This document shows, piece after piece, positions 19,640 through 29,652 of a DNA stretch of 64,000 nucleotides. The notes beneath the pieces were generated by a model. It did not search any database and was not told where the DNA came from. It saw only the letters and a list, made by a program, of their open reading frames with translations. A program made the translations under genes and the position numbers. How positions within the stretch are numbered: position 1 is the stretch's first letter; every line of letters begins with the position of its first letter. The DNA is taken from assembly GCA_963765145.1 (NCBI GenBank), contig CAVXVG010000027.1, positions 160,001-224,000 of the forward strand, in the 5' to 3' direction. Source of the stretch: Parachlamydiales bacterium. Its GTDB lineage: Bacteria; Chlamydiota; Chlamydiia; Chlamydiales; JAJFMK01.

Positions 19640-19782
19640 AATAAGGAGTGGGCGCTAGAACCTCAAAGACTCGAAAGGCCTCATTTGAATAAAACATCGA
19701 CATTGGCCTACGCAGTAGAGCCGAATGTCGATGTTTTTTCAACTGAAGCGCTTTCGAGCGTTAAGGGCGCCCACTCCTTATT
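19640..19782. repeat. Family D palindrome
   Basis: AATAAGGAGTGGGCGC...GCGCCCACTCCTTATT with inner CTCGAAAG/CTTTCGAG and AAAACATCGACATT/AATGTCGATGTTTT arms; reverse copy at about 53415-53546. Confidence 0.9.
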
Positions 19783-19784
19783 CA

Positions 19785-20897
19785 TCAATAGAGGTACTGG
19801 AGGCCGAGCTGGAGGTTGTATGAGGCGGCGCGACTCCATGCTTCCCCGTTGATTTCGATGTAAGAGCGCAATTTTTCTGTGATGTGGTTAGAAACAGTGA
19901 CTGCACCTTCTACGCTGCTTTTTGATACTGATACACCTCGGAGATTAAAGGGGGTTCCAAAGCTGAGGAATGATGGGTTTAATCTGTTGTTGGAAGAGGT
20001 AAACCGATAGTTCCAAGAGATGTCGGCGCTGAAGTAAAACCCCCAGCAATGTTCATAGGTGGTTAGATGAAGACCTGCACGAGTTAAAGCATTTGTATGG
20101 TCAAGTTTTTGAAAAGAAAGGCCAAGCTCTGATTCATTACTTTCGCTAAATCCATTGCAGCAATAGCTGATGCTTTCAATGGCCGCAAACGGCTGCACTA
20201 ATAAGTTGGATAGGGGCAAGTCAAAGCCGACCTCTAAATAAGCTGTAAAATTGTAAAACTTAGGCCGACTGTCTGCAGATTCCACAAATCCTTCAACGAC
20301 AAAATTTCTATGGACTTTGTTTTGGGTATAGCCAAAAGCCGCATCAGCTAGAACGTAGAATCTATCAGGGCGGTAGAGGCCATAGAGGCCCAAAAAGCCG
20401 CTGTTCATTCGACCGTAGCCGTTTAGATTATAGTGTATATATTCGTAATCGTAGGATAAACCCGCACCGAATATGAAATCGGTTAAAAATGTTTTTTGAG
20501 CACCCCAAGTTAAATTGAGGCTAGTGGAATGAAAGCCAAAGCCGTTTCCATCATTTCGTAATTGGTCGTGCCCCCAGCCTCCTTGGGCCCAAAATGTGAT
20601 TCCATCACAATAAGGAGTATAGCAAGGGTCCACTACAAAAATGCGGATCGGGTCGTAGAGCCTGCGGATAAACTGTTGGCTTAAAAGACCGACAAGGTAA
20701 GGATCGTTGGTATATTGCACGCCACTCAACTGATCGAGTATTTCGCTGTCGATAGATAAAAGTCCGTCTACCTGGCTTTGTACCTGAAGTTCATTGTGAG
20801 AAAGAGCGCCGATAAGCTCTGTCGAATGGAATAATAAAGGTATTAGAACAACAGCGGAGAAGGTTTTTTTTGCGTTTTGAAACATACGATATGACAC
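19785..20897 (-). CDS. Autotransporter beta-barrel protein with almost no passenger
   Basis: LDQLSGVQYTNDP...RRLYDP, GLYGLYRP, terminal YLY; paralog of 18485..19594. Confidence 0.8.
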   Translation of the reverse strand: MSYRMFQNAKKTFSAVVLIPLLFHSTELIGALSHNELQVQSQVDGLLSIDSEILDQLSGVQYTNDPYLVGLLSQQFIRRLYDPIRIFVVDPCYTPYCDGITFWAQGGWGHDQLRNDGNGFGFHSTSLNLTWGAQKTFLTDFIFGAGLSYDYEYIHYNLNGYGRMNSGFLGLYGLYRPDRFYVLADAAFGYTQNKVHRNFVVEGFVESADSRPKFYNFTAYLEVGFDLPLSNLLVQPFAAIESISYCCNGFSESNESELGLSFQKLDHTNALTRAGLHLTTYEHCWGFYFSADISWNYRFTSSNNRLNPSFLSFGTPFNLRGVSVSKSSVEGAVTVSNHITEKLRSYIEINGEAWSRAASYNLQLGLQYLY

Positions 20898-20970
20898 TAC
20901 AAGGGTGGATCAGATCGTATTTATAGCGCTAATTCGGTGGAATTTCAATGGAAAGAAGGACGGGCGATGC

Positions 20971-21969
20971 CTATACCGCTTGGACCATTTCTTCGGAAAG
21001 TTGGGCTAAAAATTCTCTTATTTGATCAAGCGAAGTGGCATGTGCGATGGTATGACGAACCACTTTAGCCCCTGGAGTATCTGAAAAATACCAAGGACCG
21101 ACTCGCCGCATATCGGTTAGAGCGCGCCGATCATTCTGATAGGCTTGTATCATCTCAAAATGCTCAAGCAGCGCCCCTAATTTTTGGTCGTGGGTATAAG
21201 AGAAAGGCTCACCTTTGCTGTAAGCCCGCACTTCGTCAATAAACCAGGGGCGGCCCATTGTGCCACGTGCGATTAAAAATGCGTCACAGCCTGTTTCTTG
21301 GCCCATTTTATAAACAGCTTCTGCAGAGAAGAGGTCTCCGTTTCCAATGACGACGATATTTTTGGCCACTTGTTTGGCCATTTTGATGGTTTCCCAGTTG
21401 GCATTGCCTCGATAGCCTTGCTCTCTTGTTCTACCATGGATGCAGATGGCTTTGGCCCCTGCCGCTTCAGCAATCTCTGTGATCAAGGGGGTGACAATTT
21501 CATCGTCATCATCCCAGGCAGCTCTGATTTTAAGAGTCACAGGAATTTTAACTCTGGCGACCATGTTAGAGAGGATTTCACCAATTTTTTGCGGAGTTTT
21601 TAGAAGGCCTGAACCACTTCCATCTTTTGTCACTTTATCGACAGGGCATCCGCAGTTTAAATCGATGATGGGGAAACCAAGCTCTTCAATGATGGCGGCT
21701 GCTTGCCCGGCGATAGCAGGATTGCTGCCGCAAAGCTGAGCACCCACAACCATGCCGAGCGAGTGGTCGACATCTAAAAGTTGATAGGTTTTAGGTTCAT
21801 AACGGACTAAAGGCTCCATTTTGACCATTTCGCACCACATCAAACCAGGGCGAAATTTGGAACCCATTTTTCTGTAGGGATAATCGGAGCATCCTGCCAG
21901 GGGTGCGTAAAATATATTGCTTTCAAGGCGAAGATCGCCGATCTGAAAATGTTCTTTATACACTGCCAA
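20971..21969 (-). CDS. dusB: tRNA-dihydrouridine synthase B
   Basis: APLAG, DLNCGCP, GSGLL, IHGRT, NGD, ARG..GRPW. Confidence 0.93.
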   Translation of the reverse strand: MAVYKEHFQIGDLRLESNIFYAPLAGCSDYPYRKMGSKFRPGLMWCEMVKMEPLVRYEPKTYQLLDVDHSLGMVVGAQLCGSNPAIAGQAAAIIEELGFPIIDLNCGCPVDKVTKDGSGSGLLKTPQKIGEILSNMVARVKIPVTLKIRAAWDDDDEIVTPLITEIAEAAGAKAICIHGRTREQGYRGNANWETIKMAKQVAKNIVVIGNGDLFSAEAVYKMGQETGCDAFLIARGTMGRPWFIDEVRAYSKGEPFSYTHDQKLGALLEHFEMIQAYQNDRRALTDMRRVGPWYFSDTPGAKVVRHTIAHATSLDQIREFLAQLSEEMVQAV

Positions 21970-22216
21970 CCAACATAATAAAAATATTTTCAGAAAACTG
22001 CAGGGCGAGGAAAGCTATGATCGGTGAAATATCGACCATGCCGATCGGCGGTATGATTTTTCTGAATAGATTCAAGTAAGGGTCGGTATAAAATGAAATA
22101 AATCGGAGCCATTTTTGCTGTTGGATTTCCGGCACCCACGAAGAAAGAACCCGAACAATCAGCATCAATTGGAATAGGGTGAAGAGATAATGGACGATCT
22201 GTATAAACATGGGCAT
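21956..22216 (-). CDS. yggT: YggT family membrane protein
   Basis: LSSW, TDPYL..FRKIIPPIG.VDISP. Confidence 0.9.
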   Translation of the reverse strand: MPMFIQIVHYLFTLFQLMLIVRVLSSWVPEIQQQKWLRFISFYTDPYLNLFRKIIPPIGMVDISPIIAFLALQFSENIFIMLVGSV

Positions 22217-22244
22217 ATTTTAACCCCTTTAGAAAAAAATCCCT

Positions 22245-23087
22245 ATGCTTTTTCGCTTTTTAGCCCTCTTTTTTCTTTTTAACCTCTCGTTGCAAGCAAA
22301 TATTTTAGACGAGCCAAAACCGTTAGGCTCCTGTCACTTTGTTGTTGTAACTATTCCAAAAAGTGGGACCCATCTGTTGCAGAAATATTTAGAATTGGCT
22401 CAGGGCAAACATCAAACAAATATTACAATGACTTTGCAATTGCCCGGATGGAACTATTTTGAACCAAAAAAACCTAAGAAATTAGATGCTAGAATTCAGC
22501 GATTAAAGAGTCCGAACACCTACCTCATCTCTCACGGCGATCTTGCGCTTCCTGTCCTCCGTTTTCTTAATAACAATCCAGATAGCCCTCTACTCGTCAA
22601 CATCCGTGACTTAAGAGACGTGCTAATCTCGCAGGTTTATTACGAATGGGATTGGATAGAAAGATATATAGGACCAACAGACTTTACAGAAAAACTGTGG
22701 TTCCTTTTGAAACATGATAATATTCGCTTAAGCGGTTATATACACACTCCCTTAAGACACGCTGAAGCTTTAATTCCCCTGATCGAACACCCCAATTGTC
22801 TGATTGTCCGGTATGAAGATTTTGTCGGGTCTGAAGGGGGAGGGAATGACGACCGGCAATTAGCCCTCATTTTTGCGATTGCCAACCACATCCAAATCCC
22901 CATGTCTCCAGAAAAGGCGATAGAACTTCAATCGATTCTTTACGGCGATAAGGGGAAGAAATCTAATACCTTTCGCTCAGGGAAAACCGGAACTTGGAAA
23001 GAGGCTTTTACCAAGGAGCAACTGCAATTCTTTAACGAAAAATTCGGAAAAGTCCAACTGCAGCTCGGCTACACCTTAGACCAGTAA
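22245..23087 (+). CDS. PAPS-dependent sulfotransferase-domain protein with signal peptide
   Basis: TIPKSGTH (5'-PSB loop), RDLRDVLIS (3'-PB), RYED, FRSGKTGTWK. Confidence 0.85.
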   Translation: MLFRFLALFFLFNLSLQANILDEPKPLGSCHFVVVTIPKSGTHLLQKYLELAQGKHQTNITMTLQLPGWNYFEPKKPKKLDARIQRLKSPNTYLISHGDLALPVLRFLNNNPDSPLLVNIRDLRDVLISQVYYEWDWIERYIGPTDFTEKLWFLLKHDNIRLSGYIHTPLRHAEALIPLIEHPNCLIVRYEDFVGSEGGGNDDRQLALIFAIANHIQIPMSPEKAIELQSILYGDKGKKSNTFRSGKTGTWKEAFTKEQLQFFNEKFGKVQLQLGYTLDQ

Positions 23088-23096
23088 ACGCCATCG

Positions 23097-23270
23097 CTGC
23101 ATAACTAACCACAGAGGCAGTGAGATCACAGAGAAAATATGAGAGTCTTGAGAGCCATTCTTTTGGTTAAAAAGTTAAAGGTTGAGGTGACGACGATAGA
23201 ATCAGTCTCGGTGTTCTCATGTTTTCTCTGTGATCTCACTGCCTCTGTGGTTAATTGTATAGTTATGCAG
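23097..23270. repeat. L-like arms (CTGCATAACT/AGTTATGCAG) enclosing a family C palindrome
   Basis: AACCACAGAGGCAGTGAGATCACAGAG...CTCTGTGATCTCACTGCCTCTGTGGTT. Confidence 0.88.
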
Positions 23271-23325
23271 AGTGCCCCAATGGACTCGCGTTAATTGTTG
23301 TTAAAGGATAAAATTTTGGCTATCA

Positions 23326-24762
23326 ATGCCAGTTTCATCACCTGCTTATAAAACCCTTTGTTTTACTCTCGACGGACGAGGTGTCGCCTTATCCTTAAAT
23401 AAGGGGGTGATTGAGGTGAACGCTTTACTTGATGAAGTCAAAGCGTTTGACAATCACCTTATTACTCTTGTTTTAAGCAAAAAGGCGCCCCTTCTGGTCC
23501 GCCCTCTAGTGCTTCCTTTAAAAACATCTAATGAAATAGATCAAGCTTTGCCGCATGAGGTAGAAGGGCTCTTTTCAACCCAACAAGGAGATGTCGCCTT
23601 TGATAGGATTTTACATCCTGTCGAAAAGGGCAAAAGAAGAGTCACTCTTATTATCACGACGGCGCCGGGGTTACAAGAGTCGTTAAAACCTTTTGAGGAA
23701 CTAGGCTTGATAGCAGAAGGGGTAACAGCGGCGCCGGTTTGTCTTGCAACCGCCGCCCATGCAGTAAGCCCAAGAGATGTGCCAAGAGGGGTTTTGTTGG
23801 TCCAAGAAGAGGCATCTTTATTCATTGTTGAAAAAGAAGGGGCTCTTTTAGGGGCCGTAAAACTTCCCCATCCCCTACAAAAGGGCAGTTTAGCAAGAGC
23901 AATAGGTTCTTTAACTCGAGAATTGCAAACCCCCATTGCCAAAGAAATTCTCACCTTTTCCACCGAACGTGTTATCGCTCCGCCTGAGCCTTATGTTTTT
24001 GTTAAACCTACTGAAATCTACGGATTGACGACGAGTGACTGGGAAAGATTTGTCCTCCCATTTGGAGGTGCAGTCGGTTCGCTTGTCGGAAAAACAAACG
24101 GTATTAATTTACGAGAAAAGCAACTCCAACCTCCACTTCCCTGGAAAAGAACCAGCCCTCGTTTATTTTTAGTGTGCGGCGCATTTTTATTGGCCCTTGC
24201 TGCCTTGTTTATTGCCGGTGTTTCTTACCTGTCTTGGAAAGAAGATCTTTTAAGGGAAAAATGGGCCTATACATTATCTTTACTTGGGAAAAGTGAAGAA
24301 CAATTTGAAGAGCATTTTGTCGAAAAAGGGGGAGGGAGAGCGACCGATCTTGTCTTTTTAAGTCCAAATGATATCGTTGCGAGGGCTCACTTTGTTCAAA
24401 AAGACTTGGCCTCTACGCCGATTTTATTTCCTCTTCATCCCAATGTCCCCAAGGTGACCGATCTTTTAGCATGGTTGGCAACGCTGGACGAAGTCGTTGG
24501 AGAAGAAGAGAGGTTGCAAATCACTTCTCTTCAATATTCGATGATTAAACGTCCTGAAATGGAAAAAAAGCAGGAGAAATACCAGGTTAAAGTGGATTTA
24601 GAGTTCACGACGCCTTCTCCTAAATGGGCAAGGGAGTTTCATGACCTTCTCATCAACCCCAATCCCTTTGTTGACCCTAAAGGGGAAGTTAAATGGAATG
24701 TGACAAGAGGAAGTTACAAAACCTCGTTCTTACTAAAGGATCAAACAGCCTATGTCCATTGA
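23326..24762 (+). CDS. Conserved chlamydial membrane protein, GspL/PilM-N-like architecture
   Basis: Long cytoplasmic N-terminus, single TM, periplasmic C-terminus; position matches the recalled chlamydial dusB-yggT...ygfA block. The family assignment is inference. Confidence 0.55.
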   Translation: MPVSSPAYKTLCFTLDGRGVALSLNKGVIEVNALLDEVKAFDNHLITLVLSKKAPLLVRPLVLPLKTSNEIDQALPHEVEGLFSTQQGDVAFDRILHPVEKGKRRVTLIITTAPGLQESLKPFEELGLIAEGVTAAPVCLATAAHAVSPRDVPRGVLLVQEEASLFIVEKEGALLGAVKLPHPLQKGSLARAIGSLTRELQTPIAKEILTFSTERVIAPPEPYVFVKPTEIYGLTTSDWERFVLPFGGAVGSLVGKTNGINLREKQLQPPLPWKRTSPRLFLVCGAFLLALAALFIAGVSYLSWKEDLLREKWAYTLSLLGKSEEQFEEHFVEKGGGRATDLVFLSPNDIVARAHFVQKDLASTPILFPLHPNVPKVTDLLAWLATLDEVVGEEERLQITSLQYSMIKRPEMEKKQEKYQVKVDLEFTTPSPKWAREFHDLLINPNPFVDPKGEVKWNVTRGSYKTSFLLKDQTAYVH

Positions 24763-25372
24763 TACCTTGTCTACAAAACGGCTTTTTTTCTACTTATCGA
24801 TCCTTTTAGCCCTCCCTCTTTTTCTTATTTATCTCCATTTCTCTTCGATAGCAGATCACATCGAACGGGTCGAAGAGGCCTTGTCGATGTTAGAAGTTGA
24901 GATTTTGACAAAAGAGAGGAAACAAGCAGAAAATAAATCTGTGCGAGCACTTTATCGAGAAAGCGACCACTTTTATATCGATAAGTATTTAGAGCCTCTT
25001 CCTCTTTTACAAAACGAAGTAGCGGCCATAGAATCCCTCTTTGAAAAACCGATCCCCTTATCCGAGCCCTTAAAGAAGAGGTACGATTTTTTAACCAACG
25101 GCCAAAATGAGGTCAGGTTTATCGAAGGGCAAGTCAAATCGTATCCAACATTTCAAGAGACCATTGAAACCCTTTCGCACCCTGTTGAGATCGATTTGGG
25201 CGATCTAAAAAAACTGCTAGTTTTGATCGAAGGTGCAAACTTAGAAGAAAAACCCCCTGAGGGGCGTCCACACCTTTTGATCACCGATTTAAAAATCGAA
25301 AAAAAAGAGGGGCTAAACAACCGAGAGCATTTTCAACTGTTTTTGAAACTACTTAAAAGAGAATACTTATGA
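24752..25372 (+). CDS. Conserved chlamydial membrane-anchored protein (GspM/PilO-like layout)
   Basis: N-terminal TM plus coiled coil; overlaps both neighbours. Confidence 0.5.
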   Translation: MSIDTLSTKRLFFYLSILLALPLFLIYLHFSSIADHIERVEEALSMLEVEILTKERKQAENKSVRALYRESDHFYIDKYLEPLPLLQNEVAAIESLFEKPIPLSEPLKKRYDFLTNGQNEVRFIEGQVKSYPTFQETIETLSHPVEIDLGDLKKLLVLIEGANLEEKPPEGRPHLLITDLKIEKKEGLNNREHFQLFLKLLKREYL

Positions 25373-26625
25373 GATTAATTGTTTGCTTATTGTTAATTAT
25401 TTCCTTTTCGTTAGAATCAAAAAATCCTGTAAAAGAAAGAGCCCGGCTATCTTCCGTTCAAATCATCGATAGAAACGGTTTCTCTGAAAATATCACGATC
25501 AAAGAGAAGTTGGAAGGTTTCGAAAATGTCAATTTCTTGAGCTCTCAACCCTATAAACGGGTTTTACGGGTTTATCAACCTGACAGAGAAGGAGCCATTC
25601 GCTCTTTTTTAACTACCTATTTTGAAAATGGCCAAATTAAGCAATATTTAGAAATTAAAAATGCCCGTGCCTATGGTCTGTATCAGGAGTGGTATGCAAA
25701 TGGACAAGTTAAGGTAAAAACACACGTGATCGGGGGCCCGCCTGATTTATCCCCTCTAGCCGAAAGTCAGTGGGTTTTTGAGGGGTTGTCATTTGCTTAT
25801 GATGAAGAAGGGCATCAGATTGCCAAAATCCAATACAAGAAAGGGGCTTTAGATGGGATTGCCGAGACCTACTCTTCCTTTGGAGTTATATTATCTAAAA
25901 CACCTTATAAAAACGGGGTGATTGAAGGGAGTGAACTTCTCTATTCTACAAGCGGTGTTCTATTAGAAAGACACCAGTATAAAAACGGGGTTTTACACGG
26001 CCCCTCAGAGACCTATTGGGATGCCGAAAAAATTGCAACGGTTGAATTGTATAAAAATGGATTGCTTGCATACGGAGTTTCTTTTTCAAAAGAAGGGTCA
26101 ATCGTTAACTTTGTGAATGAGGGAGAAGGCTCTCGGTTGTATGTTGTTCTTGCTGTTTTGAAACAGGAGCAGGAAATCCATGATGGAGAGATCCGAGGGA
26201 AGGTGATCGCTTTGGACGAGAGCGGAAGGACAACTTCGGTCTTTCATGTAAGGCATGGAGAAAAACATGGCTTAGAAACCCTATACTATCTAAATGGGAA
26301 AGAGAAAATTGCCATGGAATGGATCGAAGGAAATATTCAAGGGCAAGTGACGACTTGGTATCCAAACGGCGTCAAAGAAAGTGAAAGGGAAGTGATCAAA
26401 AATAAAAAGCAGGGACTTGCCCTTGCTTGGTATCCTACAGGAGATTTACTTCTGATCGAATCTTATAACAATGACCTACTGGACAAAGGGGAATATTTTA
26501 AAAAAGGGGAAAGATCTCCTATTTCGTCTATAAAGCAGGGAAATGGACTTGCTACTCTTTTTGACAAGGATGGCTTGTTAAGGCAGAAGGTTACATACGA
26601 AAGTGGAAAACCCATCATCCAGTAA
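25369..26625 (+). CDS. MORN-variant repeat (YwqK-like) exported protein
   Basis: Signal peptide; repeated (Y/W)YxNG...YKNG..HG units. Confidence 0.8.
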   Translation: MRLIVCLLLIISFSLESKNPVKERARLSSVQIIDRNGFSENITIKEKLEGFENVNFLSSQPYKRVLRVYQPDREGAIRSFLTTYFENGQIKQYLEIKNARAYGLYQEWYANGQVKVKTHVIGGPPDLSPLAESQWVFEGLSFAYDEEGHQIAKIQYKKGALDGIAETYSSFGVILSKTPYKNGVIEGSELLYSTSGVLLERHQYKNGVLHGPSETYWDAEKIATVELYKNGLLAYGVSFSKEGSIVNFVNEGEGSRLYVVLAVLKQEQEIHDGEIRGKVIALDESGRTTSVFHVRHGEKHGLETLYYLNGKEKIAMEWIEGNIQGQVTTWYPNGVKESEREVIKNKKQGLALAWYPTGDLLLIESYNNDLLDKGEYFKKGERSPISSIKQGNGLATLFDKDGLLRQKVTYESGKPIIQ

Positions 26626-27165
26626 AAAGGCTTTAAGAGAGCATTATCAGGCTGTTCTCAAACATCTTTCCGTCGAGAGAAAAAAAGCGCCTCCCAACAA
26701 GCAGAGAGCTTTTTGCCTTCTTGGGTTGACGATCGGGTATCTAATAAAAAAGGGATGATCGCTGTTTTTTCCCCTTTTAAAGGTGAGATAGACCTGTGGC
26801 CTATCTACAAGCTTTGGCTGGGCGAACATCGTATCATCTTCCCCAAAATCAGTGGCGCTACCCTTTCTTTCCATCAAATTCACAAAATCGAGGATCTTTC
26901 TCCCTCGATTTATTCTCTTTTAGAACCCAATAGTCACCTTCCTGAAGTTCCACTTGAGGAAATTTCCCTCATCTTTGTTCCAGGCCTTGCTTTTGATAAC
27001 GAGTATTATCGTTTAGGCAGGGGACTCGGGTTTTATGACAAGCTCTTATCCCTACTCCCTCTAGGAATACCTAGAGTCGGTATTGGCTACAAAGAGCAGC
27101 TAAGCCCTGAACCCTTGCCAAGAGCCGATCACGATCAGAAATTGACAGATAGGCTGCTTTTCTAA
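26603..27165 (+). CDS. ygfA: 5-formyltetrahydrofolate cyclo-ligase (apparent 1-nt deletion in an A7 run near 26680-26686)
   Basis: VPGLAFD...RLGRGLGFYDK, HD motif. The N-terminus VENPSSSKKALRE from GTG 26603 joins the downstream frame if the A7 run is A8. Confidence 0.85.
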
Positions 27166-27357
27166 TTTTTCAATTTTTTTCTTACATAACGTCTTACAGT
27201 ACAAAGTGAAAAAGGTGTTGCTCAAAATAACTTGGGTTGAGTATGAAGAATTTTAACATTTAGAAATCGACCTTTAAGCAAAATGCGAACGAATATTCAA
27301 ACGGTTCACTTGGAATCTTAGAAGGTCTTAGAGTTGGAAAACGACAAGGAGAAAAAG

Positions 27358-28581
27358 ATGAGGTCTTTCCTCAAAAAGACTTGGAGCGCTGTAACAGTAG
27401 CAGTTCTTTCTGTATCAGCATTGCAAGCAGATCCATTTAACGATGATAATTGCTGTGCTCCCAGAGTAGAACCTTGCTATGGCTATGCTTATAACCCAGG
27501 TGTATTCATTGCAGATTGCTGCGGCTGGTATGCCAATATTGCCTATCTTTACTGGAAACCAAATCAAGAAGGGATTTCTGCTGGTACTTTAAACAGCTTG
27601 ACAGAGAGCCCCATAGGTGTTGCTGAAACTGAAGCGGATTCTTTTGACTTCCTTGGTACAACCGATGCTAAGCAAGTTTATCCAAAATTTGAGTGGGATT
27701 CTGGTTTTCGTATCGGAATTGGCTATCATCTCCCCTGCGATAGCTGGAGTGTCGGTTTAGAATATACTCATTACCGTACTGATACCCATACAACCTTCTC
27801 CTCTGCTTTTATAGACAATTTAACCCTGGGGAGTGCTACAGGTATTTCAGGTTCTCTGTTCGCTCCTGCTTATTCTGGCGCCTTCGATTCAACTGATATC
27901 TTTTCACAAACACAAGTTGCTCTTGAAGTAGACTGGAGAATCCAATTTAACCAGTTGGATTTAGATTTTGGACGTGAGTTTTATGTTGCTCGCTGGATGA
28001 CTTTAAGACCTCACGCAGGTTTGAGAGCTCTCTTTATCAACCAAAACTATAACATCCAAAAAAACGCTACTGGCTTTAATCAATTTACTGTTGAAACAGC
28101 CTTCACCAACTCAATTGGCCAAACCAGAGAAGCGGTCAAGATGTATAACGACTTTAAAGGGGTCGGTCTTGAAGGGGGACTTGATATGTCCTTCGATTTG
28201 GGATGCAATCTTGCGTTCTACGGAGAGCTTGCCGCTGGAGCAACTTTTGGTCGTGCTCGTGTCACTCAAAAAACTAGCGCTACCAATCAGTTTGGCGTCA
28301 CTACTATCACAACAACAGAACCGATCAATTATCGGATCACCGATAACTACGACACCATTCTTTGCAATGCAGACATGGCGTTTGGCCTTCGTTGGAGACA
28401 AAGGGTCAACTGCGATGAAAGCTTGCTCACAATTAATTTCGGGTATGAAGAACACATTTTCTTTGGCTACAACCGGTTCCGCAATATAGTTGGACCTAGT
28501 TTACAAAATGTTATCACAAACAGCCCAACAGGCAATCTTTCCTTCTACGGGATTGTCTTGTCAGCAGCTATAGATTTTTAA
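27358..28581 (+). CDS. Cys-rich MOMP-like porin (Legionella MOMP/Lpg1974-like)
   Basis: AAGGAG RBS, signal peptide, YLYWKP, FEWDSGFRIGIGY, LRPHAGLR, FKGVG, terminal DF. Confidence 0.85.
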   Translation: MRSFLKKTWSAVTVAVLSVSALQADPFNDDNCCAPRVEPCYGYAYNPGVFIADCCGWYANIAYLYWKPNQEGISAGTLNSLTESPIGVAETEADSFDFLGTTDAKQVYPKFEWDSGFRIGIGYHLPCDSWSVGLEYTHYRTDTHTTFSSAFIDNLTLGSATGISGSLFAPAYSGAFDSTDIFSQTQVALEVDWRIQFNQLDLDFGREFYVARWMTLRPHAGLRALFINQNYNIQKNATGFNQFTVETAFTNSIGQTREAVKMYNDFKGVGLEGGLDMSFDLGCNLAFYGELAAGATFGRARVTQKTSATNQFGVTTITTTEPINYRITDNYDTILCNADMAFGLRWRQRVNCDESLLTINFGYEEHIFFGYNRFRNIVGPSLQNVITNSPTGNLSFYGIVLSAAIDF

Positions 28582-28605
28582 CGGCAAAATCTAGTTGCAA
28601 CACTA

Positions 28606-28638
28606 CCCCTGAGGGCCAAAAGCTTTCAGGGGTTTTTT
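28606..28638 (+). terminator. Rho-independent terminator
   Basis: CCCCTGAGGGC-CAAAA-GCTTTCAGGGG followed by TTTTTT. Confidence 0.8.
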
Positions 28639-28696
28639 GTTTTAAAAATTCGATTTCATCAACAAAGGCAAATAGAAAGCGAGGTTCGCAAAGTCA

Positions 28697-29536
28697 TCAA
28701 TGTGGACTTTTAAGAAGGAGGATAAGCCCCTCTTGCGAGGTCGTCTCTAAAAAGCCGTACTTAATAAACCGGACGAGGGCTGCAGTGTTTTGAATATTCC
28801 GATCTTCTTGGGGAAGAGAGGCAAGCAGCTTTGGTAAATGAGCGAAAATATTCTTTGCGCTTTCTTTGCTATGGGGAAAGACTTTGTTGTAAGGGGCCAT
28901 TAATTCAATGATGTGCTTCCTATTTTCTCTTGAGAGAGGTGCCAATGCTTGAAAAGCAAAGCAACTAGGGGACCTCTTTTCGAGAAAAGGAAGGAGCTCT
29001 TGAACAACTTCGAGCCATTCCTTCTTTTCGAACATCCGCAATTGTTCGAAAAAAGTACCTATAGGGTTGAGACATCCCAATGTTTTGAGATCAAAAAGAG
29101 GCCGTACTGCTTCGAAAAAAGTTAAGCAATCGTCTTTTGGGATTTGTAATAGATTCTTAACAACGGACTTAAGTAAGTCGGAGTCGGGCGGCATCCTCGG
29201 AGAATCGAGGCAGATAAGTTCTACAGCTTCAGCCAAATTTGAAGAATCAAGAGGAAGGTCAATAAATACATAATTTGCACGTAAGAAAATTCGGCGAAAC
29301 AGATCATTAACTTGGATCTGTTGATCTTCCGTTAGGTCTGTTATGGCCTTAATTTTTTTCAAAAGATTGTTAAAGTCGGCAGGCTTATATGTAGGTAATT
29401 GCCATTCTACACAAGACTTTTTTACCTCTGTAGCTAATTTTTCGACCTGGTCTTTAATGCTTGTCCCGCTGTGTAAATAATGATCGGGATTTATGGTGAA
29501 TTGTTGAACTGAAGTTAGGTTGATTGGTGTTGTCAT
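28697..29536 (-). CDS. Hypothetical helical protein, effector-like orphan
   Basis: Long ORF with no recognisable motif; MTTPINLTSV start preferred (the ORF extends to 29572). Confidence 0.6.
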   Translation of the reverse strand: MTTPINLTSVQQFTINPDHYLHSGTSIKDQVEKLATEVKKSCVEWQLPTYKPADFNNLLKKIKAITDLTEDQQIQVNDLFRRIFLRANYVFIDLPLDSSNLAEAVELICLDSPRMPPDSDLLKSVVKNLLQIPKDDCLTFFEAVRPLFDLKTLGCLNPIGTFFEQLRMFEKKEWLEVVQELLPFLEKRSPSCFAFQALAPLSRENRKHIIELMAPYNKVFPHSKESAKNIFAHLPKLLASLPQEDRNIQNTAALVRFIKYGFLETTSQEGLILLLKSPH

Positions 29537-29652
29537 AATTATTCCTTTTTTTTGAAGTGAAGTCCATGTCAAATTTGTTTAATTATCGAGGTTTGAGAAT
29601 TAAATGTTAATACCAAACGTAATAAATAATTTATCATTTCATCGCCCACTCC

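Noticed and set aside
18485..20897. Silent cassettes or DGR targets for adhesin variation
   Set aside because: The paralogs are too diverged for gene conversion, each has its own signal peptide, and I saw no reverse transcriptase or TR/VR pair.
25369..26625. Toxin-antitoxin system (YwqK label)
   Set aside because: MORN-like repeats only, with a signal peptide, in a housekeeping block with no toxin neighbour.
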